The notes: a model not told the origin generated them from the letters alone. A stretch of DNA of 64,000 bases from Marsupella aquatica (GCA_973895155.1 OZ316893.1:11920359-11984358), one strand, 5' to 3'. Numbered from the stretch's first letter, positions 50,161 to 63,808 are shown. Translations and numbers: made by a program.

Positions 50161-51849
50161 AAAAACAGGCAGTAGAGTTCAGTTTGGATGATCACAAAGC
50201 CTTTGAGCAACCTCACGTTCAGTTTGCTTGTGTTACTCAATCTGGGATAGATTATATTCCTCTAACCAGAGTAGAAATTTGGGAAGGGGGAAGGGGAGAT
50301 GCCAATTGTAGAGGTCGAGGATGAATAACAAAACTCTGCAATATATATGTGCATGCATTGATTGCAAAAGTGTAAACTGTACCTTTTTTGTTTTTGTTTT
50401 ATGCCCGGTTTTATGATGCCTTGGAAATTGCATACACATTGTGGATACATCCAAAACATGGACGGCATGCATGAAGTGGGTGAGTATGAAAGGCAAACAT
50501 AGGCACAATGAGCCATGATTGTGGATAAGGCTATTGTTGAATTGGAGGCTGATCTGAGTTAAGGATGGGCTGAATTGTAATCAAGGGGAGATGTTTTGAC
50601 CGTGATTCGTTAATTGTTTGGTCCTATTCATATGCTACTTCACATGTATTCATAATTTTTAATATGCATGTGATCTGAGCTGTTGACCACATGCAGGGCC
50701 AATAGCAATTCAAAACAAGGCAAGCGGAAGCAATCACAGAAGAAGCATTGCCACAATACAAGACCTCTTAGGTGGAGTGAGAGACTATTGTCATTGTCTA
50801 AGCTTGCAATGACAAAGTCTAAGGATGACATAGATGCTTTGTTACCTGATGGAGACTTTGTGAGAGATGATGGCGAATATGATCTTGACGACTTGGATAA
50901 TAATACTCCATTGAGAGATGATGAGGAGCCTATACAGTTCACACCATAAATTCATCAGGTTTCAAATTGAACCTTATTTTAGTATTGCAAATATATATAA
51001 TGAAGTCGTTGTCAATGACGAGACCATAGTGGGATTATTTGTTATTAAGTTGAAGAAAACCCGGAAGTAGTGCCCTTTGTAGTTTTAGTGGTATCCTTTG
51101 TAATTGATGTTCAATGTTTGATTTCTCTTATAGAGTAAGACTGCAAAATTTTATACTAGTCATGGCTATTTTGAAGGGGCCCCAAAGTCTTATCATGGGC
51201 TACACAAAGCGAGTGTTATGAACACTCCAATGACAAAAGGATACAGTACTCCCATAGTTCAGAGGGCACAAACTGGCCAAGGTACACATTTGTCTGACAT
51301 ACATGGGGCACGATCGTAGGACTATGATGGTAGGGATGAACACAGGACTGGTGAGTATTGTTGGAACGACTATGCATGTTAAGGGCTGCATTGGTATTTT
51401 GTGGTGTCATGCTCCCGATTATTCTATTGTTCACCAATGACATGAGTTTGCATGTTATGCAGATCCCAACATGCCACAATGGGGAAAGTATGATGAATAG
51501 AGTTACTACACAACTCCACCAAAAGTGAGTCATAGTTCCAAAGGCAAAAATGGCAACAACTGGTGGAATGCACAGGCTGCAAATAACAGTGGACCACAAC
51601 AAGGCTGCAGTGCTCCCTTGGATTAATTTAACTCTCAAATAGGTAATGAAGGTCTTATTTTGTAAACATATTTTTAGAAATCAATTGGATTTTCTTAGCA
51701 ACACTAAGTATTCTGTCATTTGCAACAGGGAGGTGCAATATTTCTACCCAATCTAGTACTGCAAACAACAATGTAACAGAGGATCTTGAAAAGTATGGGT
51801 TAGTTATTGTGAATGCAGATGATTGGGTTACTACTGCTAGTGTGGGCAA

Positions 51850-53970
51850 GAACAGTTGGCAAGCTGATTTTAGACAAGAAGTATTGTAGTGGTTGGATGT
51901 AAGCATTATTAAATTTACAGATCAGGATGCAAGGGATTGGAATAGTGTTGCTTCCTACATCCGTGGGCGCTATGAGTATGTTGGGAATAATGGGAAGGGA
52001 GTAAATGAACGTTGTCTTAAGGCAGGTGCAGCAAAAATCTTAAAAAGGGAGAAGTTTCGGCTACAAAAGCTATGGCAGGAGAAATGTAGAGATGGTAGAA
52101 GAATGCCCCCACCCCCATCAGTGCAAAGTGAACAATGGGCATGACTAGTCAATCATTTTAGTCTTGAGTCTATTAAGCATATTAAGAAGTGAAAGAATAT
52201 CTTTTGCTAGGGCCAGTGTGGAGAACCCTGATGTAAGAGGCAGAAGTGGCAATGCCCCAATTTGAGAACATCTGGTAAACATTCCCCTAGCCTTGTGATT
52301 ACATGTCATGATATGGGTTGTATGTCAATGATGATTAAACCTTATAAATGTACTATATGAATAATTGTTTTCATCATAGATTGTGTGTTGAGCAATGATG
52401 GGTGGGCTCGGGGGGGTTGACTATAAAAAATCTTAGGAACCACGTGCGATCCAAAATAGGTAATTTTCATAGAGATTAACTAAAATTTTAAAAAGCGTAG
52501 GAAGCAAAAGAAGGTATTATAAACCCATATTTGTAAAAAATTCTCTAATATGTACCTTTTATAAAATAAAATAGGTCATTAATATTAAGAATATTGAGTA
52601 TTTTTGCAATATTCCCATTATAAAATAGGTGTGTTTATATTAGACTAGGATCGCACGTGGTACCCCAAAATATATACTAAGTTAACCCCCCGAGTGGGTG
52701 GGATGACATTTGGTAACTTTGATTCATGGAAAAAACCCTTAAATAATGGGCAATCCCCCACCAAAGAGGAGGTGCGGGCTGAAGCCTTAAGCCAAAAGAG
52801 TAGTCAGTCAAGTGACAGGGATAGTACAAACAAAGCTTGAATCTGATGTTTATTTTGCATTTTTAGTATATGATTATTAGTGATACTACCTAATAAAGTC
52901 TCTCACTCACGATATTGTGTTACAGGTTGGCAATTCCTCTGTTCTTAGTGGTCTGTCAGAGATGATAGAGAATCATTTTGATACTATAAACGCCGCCATC
53001 ATAGAATATAAGTCAAGGCAAGAGCATGATTGTAAGTTCCTCATGGATGAAATAAAACACTTGACCTCAATGGTTCAAGGAATGCAAGGACATGTTACAT
53101 CACCAAGTCGAGCAGTTGAAAATGCAGTTGGGAATACCAAGATGGTGTCTCCAAATGACATTTCTATGGATAAACAAGATGACATTCATTAATTACTTTG
53201 AACTTACTTATTGTTCAAAATTTAGTCATTTGGGTTGTTTGTGTACTTGTTAGAGATATATACAAGCAATGAAAACTAATACTGTACACATTGCTCAATG
53301 GATGTGTAGATGGAAAAGAAGGCCTGGAGGAGGGCATGTCCAAGAAACCTTCGGGTAAGGGTCCCAAGCAAAGGCAGAACTTGGTTGTGACCCAGTTTGG
53401 AGAGTCTTCAAGTGAGAAAGTGGTAGAGGATGAGTCTAAACCTGTCCAAGCCGGTGAGGTGAGTGGAGTACAGCTTCTACAAGAAGAGTCATGTATTGCT
53501 TAAAAGCTGCATGATACAGTTGGCTGAAGAGTAGGCAATGAAATTGAACTTGTTAAAGATGGCAAGCATACTGACCCTGGAGTTTGCAGGCTTCACATAC
53601 TTACAAGCAGAAAATTATTCCAAGTCGTGGGAATGATTACAAACTCCCACGAAAGAGTAGAAAAAGTGGGAGTGCAAAGGAGGTGACAACAGAGGCAGAG
53701 CCAATGCACAGCTTATATGGTGTCTTTGAAGATAGTGGTCCCGAGGTGGTGGCTTATGGGCGTAGTAAGGGCTGATCATCACCTATTTCATGGTATGGAA
53801 GTACCAGATGGTTTTAGTGTTGTGCATTTGAATTTGATTAGTAAGTCAAAGTATCCATTGCCATCTCCAAATATGTGAGATGATCCACCTCAACTACTTG
53901 TTGGAGATGCAATTAACTCCTTGGTACTATGGCCAACAGCTCATGTGAGGCAAGACATTCTTGATTGAAA
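51850..53970 (+). pseudogene. CACTA second-gene (TnpA/Tnp1-like) remnant
   Basis: Fragments ILKREKFRLQKLW...PPPSVQSEQWA*LVNHF and VVAYGR...HGMEVPDGFSVVHL...YPLPSP...LVGDAINSLVLWP are typical of En/Spm accessory proteins. Several stops. Confidence 0.65.
52407..52694. mobile_element. 288-bp MITE, TIR CTCGGGGGG(G)TT(G/A)ACT, 8-bp TSD TGGGTGGG
   Basis: TGGGTGGG at 52399-52406 and 52695-52702. Inverted sub-terminal CCACGTGCGATCC motifs. Confidence 0.93.
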
Positions 53971-55513
53971 TGACTTTCAGGAAAGTACGAAAGGTTCAAT
54001 ATGTAGGAATGTAGTACCTTGTTGTCCAAGTCAATTTGTTCTGATCTGCTTGGCCCCTTTTTGGCTGTTTTGGCCCTTGTATTGCCTTTGTGGCTTCTTT
54101 TCCCATGGCACTTCATGTGTTTCAGTGGAAAATAAAAACTCTATGAGAGATGGTGCAATTTGTGTTAATATTCTTGGGTAGGGTGGTTGTCACTCTCTAC
54201 CTTTTGCAATGCTTGTGGATGTTTTCAGTAGGGTGGTTCTAAAAAAAAGGTAGTTCTCCTTGCTCGTTTTGAATGATCTGTTCATTTTTCTTCTTAATAT
54301 GATACTAGTGATTGTGACTCATTCATTGCCTATTACACAACTAGTAGTTAGTTACAACTGAGAGACTACTCAATTGTAACTGTTTAAACCCTAAACCCCA
54401 AACCCAATCCATACATACAACCAAGACAGTCACTAATTATCACTCTTGTGGTCACTACTTATGACATAAATAGCAGCTTAATACAACCAGGCAAGTCATT
54501 TGTAATGATGAGTGAAGTGGTGTTTTACAACAATATGAGAATTTGGTTATAACTAGCACAACTATTGTGGCAATAGTATGAATCATTAAAAGGACTAGTA
54601 AAGTCATTTGCTATGACTGTGAAGCCTATTAATTACAGGCAGGTGAGTAGTTTGTAAATACTGGTGGAGCCATTTGTTATGACAAGTGGAATAGTTTTTA
54701 ACAACAGGGGGAGCTATTTCTTAGAACTAGAGGAGTGTAGTTGGAGCCATTGTAATGGCAAGTGGAGTCATGTTTTATGACCAGCCCAGTCAACTTTTAC
54801 AATAATATGAGTTGTTTGTAAAGACTAATTCAGACATTTGTTATGACCATGGAGTGGGGCTTTACATCAAACTACATGTTATGACTCGGAGAGTCATAGT
54901 AGTGGCAAGTGGAGTAATATCTTTTTTAAATAATTTTTTAAATAATTTTTTTAATTTTAAGTGGAGTAATATCTTATGACCAGCCCAGTCTAATTTTACA
55001 ACAATAATAATCTTTTGTGAAGACGTACTAGCTATTTCAGACATTTGTTCAGACCCTGGAGTGGGGCTTTATAGAAAACTATGTCCTATGTTATGACTTG
55101 GAGAGTCATAGTAATAGCAAAAGGAGTGATATTTTTTCACCAGCTCAGTCAAATTTTACAATAATATCAGTAAAGGAGCAAATGATCTCAAAAATGATCA
55201 ACTTTATCAGATTATAGATTGAACATCAAAGACCATATGGTGGCAAAATCTGTGATTACGTATAGATCCAAAAGTTCTCCAAATAAATGCACAAGTTTGC
55301 CCAAATTAGATCCAAAAATTCTCCAAATAAACGCACAACTTTCCCCAAAACCATGTTTATAGTTGGTCATAGTGCATGGAAAAACTACTTAAGGCAACTT
55401 AAGCAGCTAGTCACTTTCTCTTGGTGGACTCCCATGGGAAGTGCCTCCCAAATTCTATGGCACAATGTGCCACCACGTCAGTGATTTCCATCACAAACAA
55501 TAACATTTATTTT

Positions 55514-55751
55514 GTTGAGCAAAGACAACATCCATAACCGACGGCAAGCCCATGAACATCCAACGCACAAGTAGTCGACACAGATAAATACGTGGTTCAT
55601 CTCAACTGAGTCTAGATACGTCCATGTCAGGCGTCATGGGAACACACAAGACTTTTTTGCACTCTAGGCCCATTGGCCATACCGAGTCTCCGTAATACAA
55701 GATCTCCCTATCTCTCAACTGACGCCATAACAATGACAGAGCCTGAGTTCC
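55514..55751 (-). repeat. Dispersed repeat, inverted homologue of 28410-28630
   Basis: See 28410-28630. Confidence 0.8.
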
Positions 55752-56326
55752 TCCTATCAAAGCAAGCCAGCTTGGGGATGTACTATGCAGCACCGTTAAC
55801 CTAGCCAAGTCTATGACTAAGGTTAACCCTAACTATAGTAACAGTTGTAACTCAATCTAGACCTAAGAGTAAATACCTAAGATATGTTTGCAGTTCCATA
55901 CAGAGCGTAATTGGGATCCTATCTGAGCTCTTGATTTAGATTTAGATCCCATTCAAGCTTAATATGAATTCGAAGAACCATTTTTTAAAAGAGATCAACT
56001 TTGGAAGATCCATAGTTCACTTGCAAATTTAGTCACCACACTAGACGTGGACCATAAGCTAATCAAAGCATTGCTATTGCAATAAGTGGTCTATTTTACA
56101 CCCATTGTTTTGCTTAATTTGGAGTTTGCATTTGCCTTTGTCTTTGTGTTTTAATGTTTGTCCTTCCAAAGATTAATTGGCAATACCATGATAATGTCTT
56201 TCCATAATTCAAGAGTTACAGAAACCCCCCCAAAAGTTGCGCAAGCCAATCTTTGGCTAGTGTAAGGAAAGTCTCCAGATTGGCTACTGTAAGGAAAATT
56301 TGCAGGCTCAACAATTGACTAATAAC

Positions 56327-56519
56327 CCCGGTTTGGACTTGTCGGACAAATAGCAGTATTTACGAAGACAAAAGACATATGTCGTCCCGATCACTCCTGG
56401 TCGATCCCGGCCGCAAAGTGAATTACCGGCCCGGCCCCTTCCCCCCGCCCCGGCCCGGCCTCCCTCCCTCCCCTCCCCGCCCTCCCGGCCTCCCTCCCCT
56501 CCCCTCAGTGAAAACCGGG
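56327..56519. mobile_element. 193-bp TIR element, termini CCCGGTTT..ACT, 8-bp TSD CTAATAAC
   Basis: CTAATAAC at 56319-56326 and 56520-56527. Termini CCCGGTTTGGACT / AGTGAAAACCGGG. C-rich right half. Confidence 0.85.
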
Positions 56520-58648
56520 CTAATAACCTTAATAAATGTCCTTAAACTTTTTGTGCAAATCCATAAATAAAAAAACTAGGTTGTAATTGAAGGCATGTGG
56601 GCTTCTTGTCTGACATGGTGGTGGCTGTTGCATTTAGGGTGAGGCCAAACCAAGAATAAAAGGAAAATTATTGTATGCCATTGTGCCGAGGTGAAGCTCT
56701 TAGTAACCCTTGCCATGTGGGGCAGATCAATATTGCTTCCCCAATTTTGTTTTCAATTCAAATCGGTAACTGGGTCCCATAACCAGAGTGATACGAAGGC
56801 CCTGCAACTTTCCATCATGGCCCAGCTTTGACACATCCTATTGTTATAATATATTTTACATATTTATTTATAAAAATAATGGGATACACTTTTGCTTTGC
56901 ACATATTTAACGACATCTTTTACTTAATTACATCTTTTTTGCAATGACATATTTTATTTAACAACATCTTTTGGACAACCACATACATGTTTTACTTACC
57001 GGCATCTTTTCAGTAAAGACATCTTTCACTTAAGGACATCTTTAATGAAACTACATGTTTATGCAAAAACGTCTTCTGTGCAAGGATAATAGATTAGGTA
57101 CGCTTTTGCTTTCCAGGTAGTCTAAGCATTCTGTCTAGTCTATCCTTACAACAAGAAATAGCCCTGTAAAAAAGTCTGGAGTCTATCTTTACCACAAAAA
57201 ATGGCCTTCGAGTTTGTTTCGATGAAAACGAGCCCGCCACCCTGAAGCTCTCACCGTGAGCTTCAACCTGTGAAGGTGAATGAAAAGGTGGAGGTAATGA
57301 AAAGATGGAGGTAATGAAAAAGGTGGAGGGTTGTGAGCGAGAGAAAAAAGACGAGAGCTTTTACGGTTGGGGATGCTCACGTCTTCTAATTCAATGTCAT
57401 TATGCCCGACATCCGAGATGAGATACTTTCGATTAGGGATTCACAGTAGTGCTTTGTGCTCGATTCGTTGCACAAGCAGGGAGTAAGGAGGCAGAGATAA
57501 TGCAGAGGCCGGCGACAGCCCTGCTGCAAGAACGGTTCTCTTCGTTTGCCTTTTTGGGCTGCAGTCAGTCTAGTCTTCTCTCCTTTCTCTAGTGCTTTGT
57601 TTTTGGCTCTTCTTCTTTGGAATGTGCCTCAGTGAGGGGAAGAGGTGATGAGCTCCCGGGGTTTATCTTTTCGTGAGGTTTGTGAATCCGAGCTGACTTT
57701 TCTGAGTAGACCATCGTCACTCATCAGACACGTTCGGGAGCTGTGTTTTGAGTCACAATAGTAGATGGGAGATTCCGGATTTATTTTACGTCATGAGAAT
57801 GGATGGTACGTAGTGGAATAACATGGATTTGCTATGGTGAGATCTCCTTTCGTAGCGCCCTCGAGTATGAGTCGTCGACGTGGGAGCTGGTTTTGATTTA
57901 ATTTACAGAGTTCTGCCTTTGGAACACATTTAGTTTCTTCATTATTTCTTCCCCTCATGTCACACCCTTACTTGTCCGGACTGAAAAGATGAATCATGGG
58001 TGAAGAGATTCAGCTTTGCTGCGCTTTTCCGGAAGTTTCACTCCGAGAGTTTAATCATTGAAGTTGGTGTTTAAATTGTCGAGAGTGCGCTCAAGGTCTG
58101 TCCTCATATTTGCTAACATCAAGTTCAAATGCGCTCAATGGTAGCCCGGATTTCCTATCCACCCACTGTGTTGTGCATGGGGACGGCATTTACTCGTTAA
58201 CTCCACTGATTGAGGTAAAGAGTGTTATGAACGCTTGTTCAAATGATTTGAACAGATGCCTCCCACGCTGTAGCCATTGATTGCCAAGTGATTTGCGAGC
58301 TGCCAAGTTACTGGGTAGGATTTTTCGAGTTGGCAGGTTACTGGAGCGGTCCATTTGTTCTTTTGGCCACTACCTCCCTGCCAGTGCAGAAATGAAAGGA
58401 TCGATGTACGCCAGTCATCTCTTCTGTAGATAGAAGAGATTTGAACGTCAGCGGACGCACCAAAAGTTGTGATGGTCCCATCAATGCACCGATGAGATTG
58501 AGGTGTGAGGACAGTGGAATGAGCAAGTGACCAGGTTTGCTGAGTTCTGAGCTAAATTGCGCCAATAAGCCTGTCCTCGTTCGCGACCGTCAGCAGGACG
58601 CTTCTGTAGCACGGAAAGCAATTCTTAATGAAAGAAGCCAAGTAAGCC

Positions 58649-59581
58649 ATGGCGGACTGGACAGTCGTTCGGCACAAGCGAGGAGGCACTGCTGGGCGGA
58701 GAACTTCTGCTGAGAATGTTATCCAACAATTGAATGTTCTCCCTTCCGGCAACAAAAGATCATCTGGTGCTGCTGGTCATGTCGGCTTTTACTCACCCAG
58801 ACCGCCCCCCAAATCAGGTTCTCCGCCTTCCTCAGTCATCGAGGACGCCAATGAATTGAACCAAGAGGAAAGGCTGCTGGGTAAAATGCGACGAGCGAGA
58901 GAAAAAGTTGAGCAGTCAGTGTTCTTTTCTAGGTTCATGAAACAGATGCAGGATTTGGAAGTCATGAAGAATTTGAGTCGCAGTGGGTCTGGCAAAGCCG
59001 GAATGGAAGAAGAAGAAGAAGAAGAAGAAGAAGAAGAGAGATCCAATGACGAAGGCAAGGAGCAGTCCTCAAGAAGCCCAAAGGTGGAGCTTGTCGTGTA
59101 TGGAGTGGGGAGCATTACCAACTCTGAGATTTCCCGATGCCAGCTTTCTCTCGCCCTATTGATGAGGCAAAAGTTAGCGGAGATCATCGGGAACGTTTTT
59201 GTCTACGATCCTGTCATGTCTCCCTCAGACCGAAAAGTGATGATTGAGCTTGGTTTCTCCCCACTCGAGAATAACGACGAGGGAAGAAGACCACTGCTTG
59301 GACCCACTCTCTTTTATATGCCCCATTGTGATGTAGAGCTCTACGAAAGCGTGTTGCAGGCGAATTTGAAGCCCAAGAGTGTCGATCAGATGGTCATTCT
59401 GGGGAACAGTTTTCGTACATATCAGCACAGATGGTCGGTGAGGCCATTGCCGCATGGAGAACGTCCTTCTTGTTTGTTGAAGGTGCAGCCAACCGTAGAA
59501 GAAGTACCAGTGGCTGACGATTTCTCCCCCACTGCCTTCAATGATACCAGCTGGCACTTCTTTTCCAAAATCGAATTTTGA
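58649..59581 (+). CDS. SRR1: SENSITIVITY TO RED LIGHT REDUCED 1-like protein (310 aa, single coding exon)
   Basis: SRR1-domain motifs LVVYGVGSI, RCQLSLALLM, VYDPV, EGRR, PTLFYMPHC..LY, ILGNSF, AFNDTSWHFF. Contains a (GAA)n poly-Glu tract at about 59006-59036. Confidence 0.92.
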   Translation: MADWTVVRHKRGGTAGRRTSAENVIQQLNVLPSGNKRSSGAAGHVGFYSPRPPPKSGSPPSSVIEDANELNQEERLLGKMRRAREKVEQSVFFSRFMKQMQDLEVMKNLSRSGSGKAGMEEEEEEEEEEERSNDEGKEQSSRSPKVELVVYGVGSITNSEISRCQLSLALLMRQKLAEIIGNVFVYDPVMSPSDRKVMIELGFSPLENNDEGRRPLLGPTLFYMPHCDVELYESVLQANLKPKSVDQMVILGNSFRTYQHRWSVRPLPHGERPSCLLKVQPTVEEVPVADDFSPTAFNDTSWHFFSKIEF

Positions 59582-62044
59582 AAATTCACTAACTTCTCTG
59601 GAATTTCAAGTAAGTCGACATTTTTAGGCAAGAGAATGAGATTGTCGAAGGACTGTAACGCACCACCCTCAGCATCAGTGACAGGAACTTGTTACATACA
59701 GCCTTGTAATGCCGTTCATATGTCCCTTGTCCGTGCAATGGAAGGGTTAGGGTCTTAGATATAGCGTTGGCAGAAGCCAGTTCTCGGGAAGCTGAGATAT
59801 GCAAATGGAGACACTTTAATCCGGAGACGAGAACATCTCTATTCTCTCTGCCAATGACTTATGAGACAAGGTCGAGCCTATTGGTCCCGTGATTGCAATA
59901 ACGATTACGGTAATTCTCTTGACGCGATGATTATAACTCATGCGATTAAGTCGTTCAATTCGGCTCTAGAAGATGCTTTGGGTGTGTGGTCCTTGTTTAA
60001 CACATGTCTTCTAAGATCACGTTCCCTGCCTCATAGTTTCTCATTGTTATTCTTGTCGGTTGTAGATACACAAATCTTGCGATTAGCATGAAATTAGTAT
60101 CCAAGGATTTCAAAGCATGGGAGGTGTTGGCGACCTGGAGAAAAATTGAAATGATGCAGCAGTCCTACCGTTCTAGAAATTTGATATGTACTCTGCTTAA
60201 TGGCACTGGACTGTTGATAATGCCCGGGAGAGGTTATCCGTGGTTGGGTCTTGCACGGAACCCTTTTTGAAAATAGAGTTGTGTTCTTCAGGTGGTTGCT
60301 CAGAATTGTTGTTTACTCCTTCACTGCTTCAACCCTTGAGATCGAAGACAGATTAAGCCCACTTTAAATTCGAAAAAGCTTGTCTTCGACTGTGCCTGCT
60401 CCTAGAAAGGGAAGTCCTGACTGCTCTTAAGTTTGCTTTGTCTTCAGAGAGGACTGAGCCAGTGATCTGTCTTACTAGATTGAAAACTGAATCCTCTACT
60501 TCTTTGGACGTGGTTTTCCTGCTTCTTCCTATCCTGCCTCTTCTGCTGGCTTCCCTTTCTTACTTTTTATTTGGTTTGTTTCTGCTAATACACAAGGTCG
60601 AGCTCTTGGCTCCTCTCTACTCCAATAGGAACTTGCTCTAAATACTTCGCGCTAACAACAGGCAGCTAACTACGTAGTAGCAATACTACTGATGGTACTC
60701 GAACGTGTCGTGTCTTGTTCTGCTGAGGCAGAATTTCTGATGCAATGTTGGTGGTTCTATCAAATGGAATAGCTCAGGTCAGGTTGTGGTTATTAATAAA
60801 GTATAATCTTTGTAGTTTGTATCTGAAGCGCTTGCCATTTCAGGTAGAGCTGACCATGAATGGCAACATGTGATTCGACGAGTCGTTGAACAAGATCCTC
60901 ATAAGCACAGTATTAAATCAGTTGATGCTGAAAATATCAAAGACTTTCTGTTACCTATATATAGGTGTTGAAACGTGTAGGAGCAAGCACTGAAATTCTC
61001 GACATCTTGGTTAGCTGCTCATCAGAAGGTTTGACGACCTTGCTCTCTGACTCCGTCTGATGATCAACATCGCCCATGGTACAAAGATATGATCCGAAAG
61101 AGACTTCAGCAATCCAGGGCAACAACCAAGACAGTCTTATAGACTAAAAACGAGCCGAAACACTGATGGCAGTCCGGATGCCTCAGGCAAGGACTGGGAT
61201 GCTTAAGTCATGCGAAGTGACAGTTTCACAAGTAATTCTTGTTTGGTGAGCGGAAAGTTGAAATGCACACCTCAACAACGTGCCATCGTGAAGTTTATTC
61301 ACGCTTAGAGCCTTGAAGCAATGGAATTGAGCCCCTTCGGAGCAGAATGCCTTTGAACCACGCATTTACTTACTTCAAGCAGAGCTGCAGCCTGATCTGT
61401 CCTCATTAGGGCGTCTCAAACTTAAGCCATAATGAAAAGTGACGGCCACGGAACTAATCCTGTAACACAGCCCACGGGAGGTTCTGACGGGAATAGAAAA
61501 AAGGGGGGGGGGGGTAAGGTTTGACCCGCCCTGTATAGCAGCCATTACGGCCTAAGTCACGTTTCAATTATCAGCACCATTTCCCCTCCTGCTCGGAATG
61601 TCCCTGCCCGAACGTGCCATATGCTGCCACGTCGGTTGGATAGCGCAGGTCCTCCATTCCAAAGTTGCAGAGGTTTAAATTTTTAGGAGCACCGTTGACA
61701 CGTAATGCGTCGATTGCACTTTAATCACCGACGACATACTCGTCGTATGCAATTCAAAATCTGGATTTCCGGATTGCCGGATTTCAATTTTCCCAAATGT
61801 GCGAATTTGCGCACTTCTTTCAAATTTTGGCATCGTCGACATCTCCCTCTATCACAGCACAAATTGCTAAGTCATGGACAATGCCTCGTCTGAATCTATG
61901 TATATATGTGATAGAGCTTTCGACATTTTAGTTCGAGCATGAACTGCCCTTTGTCACGAGGTGGAGCACAAGGTTGCTGATTACTTGCAGTCCATTCTTG
62001 ACAAGCCCACATCTTCTTCTGTGGGCTCACACTCTTTCAGCACA

Positions 62045-63808
62045 ATGTCTAGCACAGGGAGCCAGGGTTTTGTGAGAGAAGGTTTTGGGAGGAGCAAAGG
62101 CTCTGCCTTCCAGCCACCACGAGCAACTGTTGCCAACGAGCAGTACCGAGTTCCTGCTGAGAAGTTTCGCTTGAAGGATGAAGACTATGATCTCATAGTC
62201 TCATACCTTGAGATCCCTGAGAACTTTGTAGCAATGCATGGATCAGGTAGGAGAACAAAGATTGGGCAGAATTACCAGTCTAAGGCCACTGTCATGAAGT
62301 CCATGTTGGCTGCACTCATTCATCATGGTTTCCCCAAGGAAATCACTGCACCAAATCTGACGAAGTGATTCCAACGGTACAAATTGAGATACAAGCAAGC
62401 TCTTGAAGTGAAGAATGGCACTGGAGCAGGGCTGATAGAGGAAGAGTCATTGGCTGGGATGACCTTGGAGGACAAATTCAACCGCCTCTGCCCTCATCCC
62501 TGGGGAATCACTCGTTGGATTATTAGAACGGGGTGCGAACAAATGAAGGTTCTTTTTAATCTTGTTGGTGTAATAATTATAATCAAAAATTTGTACTAAA
62601 GGCGTTTAAAAATCCAATTTTGGTAAAAATATTAGTTTTTATATTCAACAAGGTATTTAAAAATTTGTCAAAGCCATATAATCAAGGGTACAAGGGTATT
62701 TTTAATTGAATTTATTTTTTAATTTGTTTTTTCAAATTTCATTGGTTTGTTCTCACGTGTTTTAGGGATTTTACTCTAAGTGATTCCCCAGGGGCCCTCA
62801 TTTTGAGCGAATGCATGCTCTCTTTGGAGCTAGACCCAATGTTAACCCACCAATTGTTGGTGATGTTGGAGTTGAAAATCTTGACTTTATCATGACTGAA
62901 GATGACTCTGGGGATGTGGAGATTGTCGATGATTGGGAGAACTCCTGCCCAAATATTGCACAGCAACACAGTCCAACCATAATCCTTGATGGTACAAGCT
63001 CTCCCATTCCTTTTTTGTTAATTATATTTTCGGATTCAGGATTCTGTGTTCACTGTAAAGTGCCTAACAAATGCATTCATCTCCATATTCTTCCTGGGGT
63101 GACACAGATACGCCTGCACCATCGCCAGCTCAATCTGTTCACACATCAACACCAACAGTGCATCACATTCCTACACCTTCAACTTTAGGACGAGCACCCC
63201 CAGTCGATGATGGCTTCTAGAAGGAAATGGAGGACATCGCCAGGGAAAACATTGGGGCTCATGTCACCAATTGCCTGTGTCAAGTTTGTACCAGGTTTGC
63301 AGGCATGAACACTGGGGAAAACGTGCCCCGCCCCACAGACAGTGCTACTTCAAGACCACGAACTGCCTCACCAATTCCTCCCACAGTCCTAGCCCCCTCG
63401 AAGAAGGGGCACAAGACTCCCGCGCAAGCGGCAAAGGAGGCCCAAAAGGAATTCAAGCCTTCCTTTTCAGCAATATACACTGAGAGAATCAACCTCAAAG
63501 CTGATTATCGAAGAGATTTGATCATAAGTCGTGACAAGTGGAAGACCCAAGACATTGTTGAGCGACGTGAAGCTAGAACCCAAGCTCAGGTTGAGGCTTC
63601 AGCCAAGCACCGGTTGGACAGGAAGCATCAACTGGCCTTAGAAGCCTTCTGTGCTGAGAACGCTTTGAAGAAAGTCAAAGCAGAGCAAGAACATGCAGAG
63701 AAGCTGGATAAAGCAAATAGGCGAACTACATTGTTGACCACTCTGTTAGGGTCCAACAAGTCTTCTGATGGGATCAAGGATCTTCTTCAGCTTCTAGATA
63801 AAGAGTAG
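62045..63808 (+). pseudogene. Harbinger-associated Myb/SANT-like DNA-binding protein remnant
   Basis: LIVSYLEIPENF...NLTK*FQRYKLRYKQA...TGAGL...LEDKFNRLCPH|FERMHALFGARPNVNPP once the MITE is removed. In-frame TGA at 62366-62368 (likely CGA>TGA). Basic coiled-coil C-terminal exon 63227-63808. Confidence 0.6.
62498..62793. mobile_element. 296-bp MITE, TIR CCCTGGGGAATCACT, 8-bp TSD GCCCTCAT
   Basis: GCCCTCAT at 62490-62497 and 62794-62801. Perfect 15-bp TIR, AT-rich core. Removal restores the reading frame. Confidence 0.93.

Larger units (their letters stand above)
47760..55374 (+). mobile_element. Degenerate, 5'-truncated CACTA (En/Spm) element
   Basis: TnpD-like and TnpA-like remnants (next entries) followed by ATGAC/GTCAT-rich sub-terminal repeats at about 54300-55200. 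The right end is tentative (TAGTG at 55370-55374). Confidence 0.75.
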
